Assembly: GCA_002269645.1 (NCBI GenBank)
Contig: NIVC01000434.1
Location: 434,001-498,000, forward strand
Direction: 5' to 3'
DNA length: 64,000 nucleotides
Source: Macrostomum lignano
Lineage: Eukaryota
Shown here: positions 35,105-47,022 of the stretch, one piece after another
How the letters are laid out: every line of letters begins with the position of its first letter
Numbering within the stretch: the stretch's first letter is position 1
The notes under the pieces: model-generated
Told to the model about the DNA's origin: nothing
Databases searched by the model: none
What the model saw: only the letters and a program-made list of their open reading frames with translations
Program-made: the position numbers and the translations under genes

Positions 35105-36760
35105 TGATGAAATTTTTAATCGTTAAAGCTGCCTAAAGATGATATACCACGAACCTGTCAAGAACGCCGCCGTAAGAGGTTGGTGGACGGACTTTACATG
35201 CACAAGGCATAACTGCATGAGCTGCATTCTGGCTAGGGTAGCAGGAGCTGTCTAAATGGGAGACACCCAGGTACCGCCTACGCCTGTCCCTAACGCTGCA
35301 AGAGTTCACAGCCGCTCCGGCCGACGAGAGTTCGCCTGACCGGCCCTGAATGCTGCGAGAGTTCACAGCCACTCCGGTCTGTTATTTCTATTGCAACGTT
35401 GGGCTTGCTCTAAAGGCGAGCCAAGTTGATGCTATTTATGTTCCGGCCCTGTCTCTCAGCACGTAGGCTTTAGGTTAGGGCCATGAATAAACATACGGTA
35501 TCTCATCATCTCCCCTTTTAAGTCATTGTTCCTTATTTACTCGAGAAACTGACCTTTCGACTGCAGTTGTTGACCTGGCACTAACACGAGGTCTCTCCGG
35601 TGGCCTCTGATCCTCAAATCTATGATTGTCCGTCTTGGTACATTCTTGACCCACCAGCTTGTTAGTCGCCTGTTGCAGATCATCGGCGTTCCATGGTAGT
35701 GTTGGCCTGATGCAGATACGATTTCTCCGTAGTATTCGGCCACTAGCTAGCTTGATCAGGTAGTCGCGGTGTTTGCCTACCTCCACCACCACACCCCTCC
35801 GTTGCCACAGCTTTGTTGTCGGGTATTGTAGAACCAAAGTCAGGCTAATTCTGATTCGGTCCAGACTTTTCTTGGACTTGTCGTACTGCTGCATCACTGT
35901 CTTGTGAGTTTCAGATGCGGTCTGCTCAATCTGCTGAATTGTGCTGTGCCACTCGGGGTTAAAGCTTCATCAATGAGCAGGGAGGGAATCCCTCGCCGGG
36001 TGTCCATACAGCATGATGGAGCGAACGCGTCCATCGTACATGGGGAGCGTTTCTGTAAATCAAAATGCCTTCTGCCATCTTGTCCTTGCCTATGTCGTTG
36101 TTTCGATAGTCCCAAGATCCTCTAATGATAATCTTTCTGGCAGACTTGATTGCGGATTCAGGTAAGGCGATGAGAATCTGGACTAAACTCCCCATCTCTT
36201 CAGAAAACTGACAAAGGCGTTGGATTTGAACTGACGGCCTGAGAACGATTCCCGTACGGCTGTCTGAAAAAATAGCTTGTGAAGTGGAGCGTTTTGTCCG
36301 AAATTCCAGACGTTGATCCAGCCTGGGTAGCCATCCACTATCACTAGGAATTGCCTGCCGCGAAATTCACAAAATTCCGCGTGAACTTAACTTCCTGGAA
36401 ACACCTTTCTGGCAGATTTCTGTGCATCATCGGCTCTCTATAGTTTGATTTGGCCGATTTTCTCGGCATGCCTTGCATTTCTTTATTGTGTCATCTATTT
36501 GACGTTCCATGCCGGTGTTAGGCTATGCAGTCTCCGGCCGGAGATCGCAAGAGAAATGTGACTGTGCTTTGCGATCTCCAGTCCCGGACAACGCAAAGCA
36601 TAACAGAAGTCGTGCCTTGCGTTTTCCCTGATTTGAGATCTCCAGAGGTAAAAATGTACATGAGAGGTGTACAGCCACGGGGCTAAAACTCTGCCAAATA
36701 ATTATTGGTTGCATGTGCAGGGACTCACACGGCCTTATATGCAAACAGCAGGGTACTTAA
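35105..36760 (-). mobile_element. Degenerate Gypsy-type LTR retrotransposon fragment (integrase end, PPT, 3' LTR)
   Basis: Broken frames include FRGRQFLVIVDGYPGW and GVVVEVGKHRDYLIKLASGRILRRNR. PPT AAAAGGGGAGA precedes TGATGAG at 35508. Candidate LTR 35105-35508 (left end tentative). Confidence 0.72.
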
Positions 36761-37189
36761 TGTACTTGTGTACTTACCCTGTGTACTTAGCAGGGTGAGC
36801 TCTAGCTGAATTGTCAGTGTCAGCGCTATGTATACTTCATTCTCTCTGATGCTCAGTGTATTTCGAAAGCTATTTAATTAAGAACTTAGAAGGCTGCAAA
36901 TGTGACTGAGGTACTTGTATTTTCAAGTGGAGACAGACTTGGCAAAGTCGACTTTAAACCAAAAATTCTTTTATTCGTTGAACAACGAGTACGTCGACAT
37001 TCCCGGAGACTTGCCGGCCAAAGTGAAGGACAATTTGAAACGCAAAATTCGAGAGAAAAAATAAAGCCTTTTTCTTTCAAGACGCTCACTTGTTCTACAA
37101 AGTGAGAAACCGGAACTGCACCAAGAAAAGACGCTCAGAACAGCCGCGGCGTGTGCTTTTTACGAAGGATGTAGTCAGGGAAAAGATAA

Positions 37190-40100
37190 AACACTGCACT
37201 GCACACGTGAGTGACCGTCGGGTCGGCCCGGTCGCCCTCCGTGACCACGAAGGCGTGGCCTCCGCAATCGTACCCCCAGTCGCGGAGCCGTTGGTATAAA
37301 CTGTCCAGGCCGGTGGGGGCAGCGAAGCAGCGAGCTCCCAGACGCGTTCGATAGCGGCGCTGCGGAAGAGGTCGGATTCGGCAGGCGTGGCAGGCGTCGG
37401 GAGGGTCCGGCAAAATCTGCGGAGGCACCGGGGAGGCTGGGAGGGAGTTGGAGCTCTCGGCGGGAAAAAAGGCTGGCGGTGTTCGAGGTTGGAGGGCAGG
37501 ACTTCGCTGAGCTGCGAAGCCACGAGCCGCCAGCTGGGGCGGACGAAGCGGTGGATGGTGGTCCCCGAAGCGGCGCGGAGCCGCGGGTGTTCGTCGGGCA
37601 GCGAAGCGCTTTCTCCCACGACCGCGCAAGAAAACGCCTAGCGTCAATGCTGACAACACCGGCCTCGAGCCGAAGAGCCTCAACCTGGGGTGGTCTGCAG
37701 TTGACCAGTGATGCGGCGGTTCTGGGTGCGCTCGAGCTCATCGCGGCGCGATTCACTGATCCACGGCTGCCAGGCCAGCGCAGCGTAGTCCATCACAGAT
37801 TTGATGAGCGCATTTATGAAGACGATCCGGAGCTTCTCCTTGTACCAGCCCCAGTCCTGGTTGGCGAGAGCGGCCAACACGTTGCAGCGGGCACGAGCCT
37901 TGGTGATGACATGGCGAACGTGAGGGCCGAAGCTCAGCGTCCTGTCGAGAATGACGCCGAGAAAGCGTGGGTTGGGTCCACAGCCAACAACAGCCTAATT
38001 TTTTAGATTAATTAAGACGAAACAGGACGACAGGCTGACAGGCCGGAAGCTGTCGATGCGGGTGGCAGGCTTGCCCTGCTTGAGAGATGGCACGAGAGAG
38101 GCGTGCCATCGAGCAGGCGAGCCATGGGGCTTGAGGCCAGCTTCGCTAGTGTGATTGGTGAACAGAGCGATGACGTTTTTCGAGAGGTTCAGAGTCAGCT
38201 TCATCTAGCGGCTCCAGCTGGCCACCGTGTCGAGGTCCTCCTGGAGAGAACTGGTTGCCGCTGCCACAGAGCTGTTCTGGACCCGGATGGCGAGGTCGTC
38301 GGCGTAGAGGGACGGGGCGACTCCAGGCGGGCACACCCAGTCCCAGACCATAACGTTGATGAACAGCAGGAAGAGAAAGGGCGCGAGCACCGAGCCTTGG
38401 GGCAGGCCCTGACGAAACAGGACGTCAGGCTGACAGGCCAGAAGCTGTCGATGCGGGTGGCAGGCTTGCCCTGCTTGAGCAGGCGGATGATGGTGGCCTT
38501 CCTCCACGGGGCCGGGACAACGCCAGTCAGCAGGAACTCATTAAAGATGTGCATGCAGCAAGTTTTCCCGCGGGCGAGGGCCCAGCGCCTTGATGAAACT
38601 CGGCCTCGGAAATGGGGGACTCCCGTGGGGCAGTCGCAACAGCATCGCCGAGGAGTTTGCGGGCTTTATGGTTGATCCGGCGATCGGCGGCAGAGAAGGA
38701 CAACCGGTTGACTGCGCTGTAGTGCTGCATGAAGTGGTCGGCTTTGGCCGCATTCTTGACGACCAGTTTGCCGTTGACGGAGAGAGCAGCATTGGGGGCA
38801 GCGGTGCCGTTACTACTACTCAGGGAGCGGATGACCCTCCAGGTCTTCTGGAAACCAGGGCTCGCTTCGAGTTTGTCGAGGAAGTCAGCCCAAACTACTA
38901 TTTGGCTTCCTGAGAGAGGCGGCTAGCTTCCTGGCTGGATCCACTCCGTGCGCTTAGAGGGGCCAGCGTTGCGAAGGCAGTTGCGGAGCTTGATAGCAGC
39001 GCGGAGCGCCGAGTTCATCCACGGCTTGCTGCTGTGTTTATTAATGGACTTTCCAATGCACTCAGATGCCGTCGCCGTAATGGCGGATTGAAGGTGGACG
39101 ACCTTCGTGTACAGGGAGCCCTCGGGCACCTCTGTGGCCAGGGATTCGTCCAGCGCTGTCGCAAAAACCGTCCAGTCCGCGTCCTTGGTACGCCATCAGA
39201 GGCGGTTGAGAGAGGCCACGACGGGCGGGCGACCATACAGCTGCAGCTGGACCACGATAGGCAGATGATCGGAGCCGAGATCCTCCCCAACTGACCAGTC
39301 GGCGCAGTTGGCCATCCGGGGATGAGCAATGGTCACGTCTGGGGAGCCGGTGCTGCGGTTGACGTGAGTCGCCGCGCCGTCGTTGCAGGTGGTCATGTTG
39401 TTGTGCAGGAGCCACTCTTCGAGGGCGTCATGTGGCTACACAGGGTCCTACAGGGGGGAGTGGGCGTTAAAAGCGCCGCAGATTAGCGTCCATTCGCCCG
39501 CTGGCAGCAGCCGCCAGGTGGGCGCTGGCTCGTCGGCGGCAGCCAGTGTCGACAACGACCGATTGGACTTCCAGGGCGTTACTGGCGCCGGTGGGTGGCA
39601 ATGACGAGAAATGTATCCGGTGATTAATGAGTGTGAGGGGCCCCCGCCAGCCCGCCCATCGGTGCGGTCCAGGCGGACGGCGGCAAAGCCATGTGGTGGT
39701 TTGAAGTTGTCCTGGGGCCGGAGTTTAGCTTCTTGGATGACAGCTACGTCAATGTCCAGATTGGCCAGCACTGCGCCAAGGTCGGAGACCTTAGTCCGAA
39801 AGCCGTCCGCGTTCCATTAAAGAATGCGGAGTTGATGTCCAGCGGGGCTGCTGGGCGGCGGGGCGGCTGGGGTAGCCGGGGCCGCAGCAGGAGGGTCGCG
39901 GAACCCGCGCAGCTTTTGCAATGCCAATTCCGAGCCTCAGGGTTGTTGGCTTTGATCCGGTGGAGCCCGGCGCACGCTTTGTGGGCGGTACGACTGCAGG
40001 TGACACAGCAGAGGGGCACGGTGTTGGACTGGATGCGTTTGTGGCAAAGACAGCAGTTGGTGGGGGTGCCGGCAGGGGCGGCCGTCAAGACGGGCCGCGG

Positions 40101-40776
40101 GCGGTCCGTGAAGGATGTCCGGGCCGCGGCCACCCGGAGACGGGGCCCGCCAAAAAGCGTCACACCGGTACCGCGAGGACTCGCTGCAAGCGCAGTGACA
40201 GGCCGCGCTCCAGCTGTCAGTTGTACAGTGGAGGTGGCGCCCCCTGCGGAGTTGGCCGCCGCAATGGGAGCAGGAAGTGCACTGGCAACTCCCGGTAGGT
40301 TCGGCCGAAAGCGGGGGTTCGACGGTGGTCCGGTCCAGGTGGCAGACAACTGAGCACGACGGATTCTGCTGCAGGAGGGTTGACGGTGGCAGCTGTTATT
40401 GCAGTGAGGGGCGGCGCAAGTCAGACCGGAGGCCCCGGAGCGCAGAGCCCGCCCGCGCAGTGGGCGCAGCGGGCAGAGGCGGCGGCAGGGCCGCGGCCCG
40501 GGTTGCTCTCTATGTCCCCGGAGCGGCTGAGGCGCCAGCTGCAGATGTTGACAATGGCAGGCACTGGCTGAGGTTGGAACAAGGCTCTCCACGGCCACCA
40601 TTGTTGGGCCGGGTCCGAGACCCGTGACCGGTGTGGGGGCCTGTACGGGTAGTATTCGTGTCCCATCGAAGAGATGGGTCCGGATCGCCGCGAAGAGGTT
40701 GCTACCATGACAACGGGCTGCTGTTGCTGCCCTTCTCGACATCAGCTTCATCAAAGACCGAATAGGCCGCGCGACC
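37190..40776 (-). mobile_element. Ingi-like non-LTR retrotransposon (2A-like, PHD x2, APE, RT, RNase H), frameshifted, internally deleted, 3'-truncated
   Basis: DIESNPG (40516-40496); PHD CCLC..CVTC..H..C..WHCKSC; APE DVAVIQEAK, GAFNAHS and GSDHLPI; RT PQGSVLAP and YADD; RNase H VYTNGS. Many frameshifts. Confidence 0.82.
40648..40776 (-). ncRNA. Candidate HDV-like self-cleaving ribozyme at the LINE 5' end
   Basis: P2 GGUAGCA/UACUACC (6 of 7 pairs); P3 ACC/GGC with L3 UCUUCGC; P1.1 GG; P4 CCCAUC/GAUGGG perfect; J4/2 A-C-GAA. Candidate P1 is GGUCG(C) pairing with (G)CGAUC. Folded by eye, and P1/P3 are imperfect. Confidence 0.6.
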
Positions 40777-41027
40777 TTTACCCTGAAAGACCGCCGGCTC
40801 AATCTTGTAATGACTCAGGAGTCAGGCAGTATTTATGGCGTGCGAGAAAAAGCCTTAGCCCTCCAAGTAGGGTGAGACGATATTTATATATTTGGAAGCG
40901 ATCTGATTGCAACGTGCACAATTGATCAGCCGCGTGCCTTACGTACATAAGTTGAGTAGCGACATGTACGTGCTAATACAATGTACAAGCTGGCACTGGC
41001 CAGAGTGGCATTACAAATCTCATCTGT

Positions 41028-43061
41028 GTGTACGCACCGACTAACCCGCAAACGAGTGAAGACAGCGAGACCACCGTCGATCCCTACAGAACTCCGAGAC
41101 AGATCTGCAGCTCTTTACCGGCCCTCGAAGCTCTCTTCATTATGGAAGATTTCAACAAGGACAAGTGCAAGTTCGCCAAACCGGCTGTTGAATTTCTCGG
41201 GATGCACCTGTCAGCCAAAGGCATCCAACCAGCTGCTGAGAAAATCCGCGCAATGCAAGACTTCCGGCTGCCCGCCAATGTCTCAGAAGTTCGGTCGTTT
41301 CTCGGCACCGCAAACTTTCTGGCGAAATTTATCCCAAGATTCGCCGACGTGTCAGCCCCGCTGCGTCATTTGACCAAGAAGGTCCAGCCATGGGAATGGA
41401 CTGCCAGCCACACTGAAGCATTCAGCATAATCAAGAAGGCCATCGCCGGAGCCGATACGCTGGCGTTCTTCGACCGCAAGCGGCAGACGGAGCTTCTGGT
41501 GGACGCATCTCCCATCGGTCTCGGCGCCATCCTCACCCAGAAGCAGCCAGACGGCAGCAGCAGAACCGTGGCCTACGCCAGCCGAGCTCTGTCGCCAGTG
41601 GAGCAGCGCTATGCTCAGATCGAGCGGGAGGCGCTGGCCATTAAGTTCGCCTGCCTAAAGTTCGAGCATTATCTGGCAGACGACCTGAACTTCACCGTCG
41701 TGACGGACCATCGACCTCTTGTGCCGCTCTTCAAGCCGGGGTCCCGCCCTCCGCCGCGCATCGAGCAGATGGCCCTCCGCATCCAGCACCTCCGCTTCAT
41801 TTTGTTGTACCGGCCGGGACCTGCCAATCCGGCTGATCTGCTGAGCCGCCAGCCGCTACCGGAGCTCAGGCCAAACATCGGCGAGGTCATCGATGCGGCA
41901 TTCGTCAGTGCCGTGTCAGCAGGTGCCGTGCCAAAGGGATTCAGCCTTCAGCAGATCCGAGAGTCTTCAAGGACTGACGCGGAGATCCAGGCTGCGCTGA
42001 GCGCGATCAGAACCGGCAGCTGGAACATGCTCGACCCGGTGCAACGCGCACTCAAGTCCTGCAGCAGCGAACTTTCCGAGAGCGATGGAATTCTGCTCCG
42101 CGGAGATCTCATCGTTGTCCCCGAGTCGCTGCGGAGACCGATTCTGCAACTGGCCCATACGGGACATCTCAGTGCGGACAGAACCCTGAAGCGACTGCAG
42201 ACCAAAGTCTGGTGGCCAAAGATGCGCAGCGACTGCGAAGTATTCGTCAAGTGCTGTGTCAGTTGCCAAGCAGCGGCCACGCACGTGCACCAGACGCCTT
42301 TGAAGCCGACGGAAATGCCGGACGGACCTTGGCAACTGCTCGGCATGGACTTCTACGGCCCGGTGCAAGGTCAGATGATGCTGGTCACCACGGACCTGTA
42401 TTCCAAGTACCCGGAAGTCGACATCATGCAGTCAACGACGGCCGGCAACGTGACACCGCATCTGAGACGGCTGTTCGGTCGGCACGGCATCCCTGCTGAG
42501 GTTATCACGGACAACGGACCGCCCTTTAACTCTGCCGACTTTCGCAGCTTCCTCAGCGGATACGGAGTTCATCATCGGCTCATCTGTCCGCTGCATCCGG
42601 AGTCCAACGGAGCCACCGAGCGTGTCAACCGCAGCATCGGGAAGGTGGTGAAGACTGCTGTCGCTGAAGGTCGGAACTGGAGAGAGGCCCTGGACGACTG
42701 GCTTCTGGCGTTCCGTACAACGCCCCACCGAGCAACTGGGCGGACTCCGGCCGAGCTCCTCATGGGCAGGCCGATCAACGATGGAATCCCAGCCAGCAGA
42801 CAGCCGAAGTCATCTGATGTCAGCCAGGAAGCCGTGAAGGACTGGAACCGGCGGTACACGCAGCAGATGAAAAGTACGTTCGACAGACGCATGGCCGCAA
42901 AGGAGCACCGCATCGTTCCCGGCATGAGTGTTCTTCGCAAGCAGCAGGCACGCAAAAAAACGCAGCTGCCATTCGAAACTCAGCCATGGACGGTGCAGGA
43001 GGTTCGAGGCGACACCTGCATCCTACGGCGAGGCCAGCAGTCTTGTATGCGGCACGTGTGA
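41028..43061 (+). CDS. 5'-truncated Gypsy pol ORF (RT C-terminus, RNase H, integrase)
   Basis: FNKDKCKF..VEFLG; LLVDASPIGLGAIL; YAQIEREALA; HTGH..C..C zinc finger; LGMDF, TDNGPPF and PESNGATER. A frameshift near 43055 continues into (SAGQ)n..RRHPR..PKCY*. Confidence 0.85.
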   Translation: MYAPTNPQTSEDSETTVDPYRTPRQICSSLPALEALFIMEDFNKDKCKFAKPAVEFLGMHLSAKGIQPAAEKIRAMQDFRLPANVSEVRSFLGTANFLAKFIPRFADVSAPLRHLTKKVQPWEWTASHTEAFSIIKKAIAGADTLAFFDRKRQTELLVDASPIGLGAILTQKQPDGSSRTVAYASRALSPVEQRYAQIEREALAIKFACLKFEHYLADDLNFTVVTDHRPLVPLFKPGSRPPPRIEQMALRIQHLRFILLYRPGPANPADLLSRQPLPELRPNIGEVIDAAFVSAVSAGAVPKGFSLQQIRESSRTDAEIQAALSAIRTGSWNMLDPVQRALKSCSSELSESDGILLRGDLIVVPESLRRPILQLAHTGHLSADRTLKRLQTKVWWPKMRSDCEVFVKCCVSCQAAATHVHQTPLKPTEMPDGPWQLLGMDFYGPVQGQMMLVTTDLYSKYPEVDIMQSTTAGNVTPHLRRLFGRHGIPAEVITDNGPPFNSADFRSFLSGYGVHHRLICPLHPESNGATERVNRSIGKVVKTAVAEGRNWREALDDWLLAFRTTPHRATGRTPAELLMGRPINDGIPASRQPKSSDVSQEAVKDWNRRYTQQMKSTFDRRMAAKEHRIVPGMSVLRKQQARKKTQLPFETQPWTVQEVRGDTCILRRGQQSCMRHV

Positions 43062-43641
43062 CCCAGCTGCGGCCTCTGATGGAATCGTCGGACCAGTCCG
43101 CCGGCCAGTCCGCTGGCCAGCTAGCCGGCCAGTCCACCGGCCAGTTAGCCTGCCAGTCCGCCGGCCAGTCCGCCGGCCAGTCCGCCTGCCAGTCCGCCAG
43201 CCAGGCCGCTAGTCAAGAAGCAGAGTCTGTGGCTCAGAGACGGCATCCAAGAGCAGCCCGCGACACGCCGAAGTGCTATACGAGTTAAGTAACTGATCCG
43301 CATTGCCTGAAGCGGCGTAACTCAAGCTGAAGCGGTGTACTTCGTAAACAGTTAATTTTCTTTAGTTCGAGGTTTTTTTTAATTCCTTTGGGGGGGGGGA
43401 AGTGTAGGCAGTGCCTACTATCGTGTGTGTTGGGGGGTTGTTAGCGGCTGCGCCGCGTGGCTCTGCTAACTCAACCCTTATGCGTAATATCAAATGTGCA
43501 TAGTGCGACTTTAGCCACCATTCTGACTCAGCTCAATAATTCAATAAATATACTGATCGCTATTATTCTCGCCTGCAAGCTTTCGGCAACTAACGACTAC
43601 AACAAGCAGTCTACTAGTCTAGCCTCGTTTCACTCACTACA
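41130..43641 (+). mobile_element. Gypsy LTR retrotransposon, 3' part with PPT and 3' LTR
   Basis: PPT G10AAG at ~43390-43402, then an LTR starting TGTAG (43403) with AATAAA and ending CTACA (43641, tentative). No gag or 5' LTR seen. Confidence 0.8.
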
Positions 43642-43726
43642 CTTGTCCCGGTGGTTCTACGAGCTATGTACATGAGTTGTATTTGGGTATAATAATTCAA
43701 CTCTCCTATAAGGTCACCGATTTTTG

Positions 43727-43890
43727 ACTGCCAGACTTTTGACTGCCAGCGACTTTTGACTGCCAGAAGTTTGACTACCCACAATATGACTGCCAAAATC
43801 CCCCACAATTTGACTGCCACTTTCGACTGCCAGCGACTTTTGATTGCCAGCGACTTTTGACTGCCAGCAACTTATGGCTGCCAGACTTTT
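43727..43890. repeat. 16-17-bp minisatellite (GACTTTTGACTGCCAGC)n
   Basis: About 9 degenerate units, visible directly. Confidence 0.85.
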
Positions 43891-44857
43891 GAAATAAGTG
43901 TGAGTGTGGTTAGTATTAAATCAAACATCAAGATTCAATTTCCTCGCAAATATAATTCTTTTGAAATCGTAATGTACAATAATCAGACAGAGTGTGCTTT
44001 GTTATCTTTAGAATATTTAAACAAGAATATACGGACATATTCGAAGACAATCCCTAACTTCGTGACTTTTGTGCCCAATATTGTGTTTTATAATTAATCT
44101 TTACCTTGAAAATTTGTTTTAACTGCTGACTCAAAAATTGAGAGTCTTAGCTTTTAAAACTTATTGTTTGATTATTACGGAAACACGGTACACTTTCAAC
44201 TTTTCAAAAACATAATACCTTCATTTTACGCGTTTTCAAGTACTGTGTATCTTTATTACAAAAAATCGCCTACTATTAGAAGCAATCCTTATATACTCGG
44301 AACCTCTTAATTCACGGCAATCGGTTCTATAACCAGAATAAATTCGAGTTCTAGAACCAGAACCAGTGTGAAATGAGGAGCTTCGAACCCATTTTATGTT
44401 AATTGACAGTCTTTAGGCCTATAATTTAATTTTGTCGTTCTTTGACTTTGTTTCCTCTTGGGTATGACAAAAAACGGAATAATTATATAACAATAATAAA
44501 AAATCACGATTTCAAATATATTTTACTGTTAAAGTGTAAACATGACAATGGTTCGAGAAAATTTCTTGAACCATACTCTGGAACCAGAACCATGTGGCAT
44601 GTTCCAGAACTGATTCTGTTTTTCGAACCATCAATATAACTAAGAGCATTGAACCGGTTCGGAAATTTCAAAATTCTATCCTATTAAAAAATGCTTGTGG
44701 CCTACTAGCAGCTGCCAACCACACCAACCCAATGGCTGCAGTTGAGCCTTATATTGAAGTGTTAGGCCTACACAATTGGAAAACAGCCCACAAGTGGCAA
44801 GCCAAAAAATTACACTAACAGTGTGACTAGGGCTTACCAACCAATGATTACAATAGT

Positions 44858-45397
44858 GCAGTTTCGTTTGCGAAATTATTTTTCGTTTAAATTTGAAAGT
44901 TCGAAACCAGAAAACAATAACAACGATAAAAATGATGTTTTAAACCATTCTAACGATTGTGGCAGAGACTGTGGCAGCCATCAGGTCGCGCGCATTTAGC
45001 TCTAGTTGCGGTAGAGCATTCGCTGGCAGCACTTCATTCGGCGGAATTATCCACGAGGGTCTTGGTGGTCGTCCAGCCATGATGCAATATGTTGTCCAAA
45101 AGAAAAAGCAGATATTAGCAGCTTCTCAGCTAAAGGGAAACAGTTCAAGCCCCCCCCCCACTTGAGCCCCTTTAGATTTTTTTTCAACTATTTTTTCCAT
45201 AGACAACTTGCGTTTCAAGTAGCATTCGAGCGTGGCACAGATTTAATGAAAAAAGTATATTAATAGAGCGCCCATTTGCTTTAAAGTTCCGTGACCAGTG
45301 AGCTCTGGCACAGTCGCTAGAATGGTTTAAAACATCGTTGTTATTGTTTTCTGGTTTCGAACTTTCAAATTTAAACGAAAATAATTTCGCGAACTGG
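44858..45397. mobile_element. MITE-like inverted repeat (~110-bp arms)
   Basis: gcgaaattatttt.cgtttaaatttgaaagttcgaaaccagaaaacaataacaacgat...tttaaaccattcta recurs as its reverse complement at ~45300-45397. Termini are approximate. Confidence 0.65.
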
Positions 45398-47022
45398 CGC
45401 GCTTTCAAATACTTTATCTTTTACAATAACTCGTCAAATCGTCGTCAAATCGTCTTTATAAACTTCTATTTCGAAAATTTTTCCAAATACATAGCTCTAT
45501 AATATATTGGCCAAACAGGCTAATTGCCTGAGTCAAATTCTTACTACTACTACTACGATAACTACACTATTGCCCCAATTGATTAATGAAGTGCCACTAA
45601 TGTGTAGGCCTATTTAACTTGATATATGTACATTTGTACCAGATTCAAGTTCTAGATAGTATACAAAAAAGGATTTGGCATTACTATTAGCATATAGAAG
45701 GGCCTGACAATTGGTATACCCTTGGTATATAAGTTGGGCATACAAAGATGGCTAAAATAGCAAGTAAAGTAAAGTAAATCTCAACTATACATGACCAACT
45801 TCAAAATTTCACCTGCTTAGTACAACTTAGTTTTGTCTAGATTTGCAACTTAGGGCCTAGTTCCTCCCAATTGTGATTTAGTTCTTCTTAATTTTCTCTT
45901 TGTATGGGCCCCTATCACATGACTTTTCTTGCCATTTTCTCTTTCTTTTTCTTCTTTCCTCCTCTCTCTTTTCTTTTCTTTTTCTCCTTTTCTTTTTCTC
46001 TCTTTTCTTTTTTCTCCCAATTTTTGTTTTTGTATTTTCAATTTTGCAACTTACCTTGGCTGGTGGCCATTTGACCCATCCAGTTAAGATGGGTTGGATG
46101 GGTATTGGGCATGTAGGCCTATGGTCCCAACTAATGAACAAAAGTTGGTATACAAAAAATGAGCAAGTCAATGTTTAGCATAGTCTCTATCTCTATATAC
46201 ATAGATAAAAAAGCAAAATTTAGATCAAATTTCTGAAATCTATTGCTACATACAAACAACTCATTTTAGTAGGCCTATATAGGAAGTTGAATAACTTTCA
46301 AAAGTTACTAAAATTAAATAAAAAATTGTATCCAATTTATTAAGAAATTAAAAATAAAATAAAAATAACTAAAAAAACTTATATGGTTTAGTAAAATATA
46401 AGACAGGTTTTAATTTAATTTTTTGTAAAGACTAAAAATATTTGCAAGCCTAAAATATTAAAATATATAGCTTTTCTTATTTGTTTCTGTCTTAGGCCTA
46501 GACCTAGTATAGGCCTATTTTTGTATGCAATATTAGTCTTCCATATATTCTGGGTTTTATTTTTTGCCAAAGACAAGGTGCAAAATCACATCCTGTATTT
46601 AGTTTTAGGGTGCAATTTTAAGGCTCAGAATACAATTTCTTTTTTTCTAATTTCAAGGCAGTGCAAATGAGGTTTAATGAAAAAATAGGTTATGAGACCA
46701 CACTTAAACCATATCCACTTTTCAATTTGAAGGTGCAATTTTAAAATTTAGGGTGTATATGCACACTTTGCTTACAAAAAATAAACCCAACATATATTGG
46801 CATAGTTAAGGAAGCAAATTTTGTTCTAGCATATATTTGTATACAATCCTAATAGTAATACTAGCACTCATATGTTATCATTAAAATATATCATAGAGTG
46901 GCAATCTTTTACTTTTTTATGTTAAATTATTTTTACATTTTTACAAACTCCTTACAAAGTCATACAAAGTCATTAGTCAATAGTAGTACTTAACCTAATA
47001 CAGGGAGTTTCCACACTTTTGG

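Noticed and set aside
36886-37190. Possible hAT dimerisation-domain remnant (GCSERLF)
   Set aside because: The motif is too short and the surrounding frames do not support it.
39691-42955. Numerous antisense ORFs over the GC-rich LINE and Gypsy regions
   Set aside because: Shadow ORFs of GC-rich coding DNA with no domain signatures.
45850-46178. Lys/Arg-rich and Phe-rich ORFs
   Set aside because: Translations of a CT-rich low-complexity tract.
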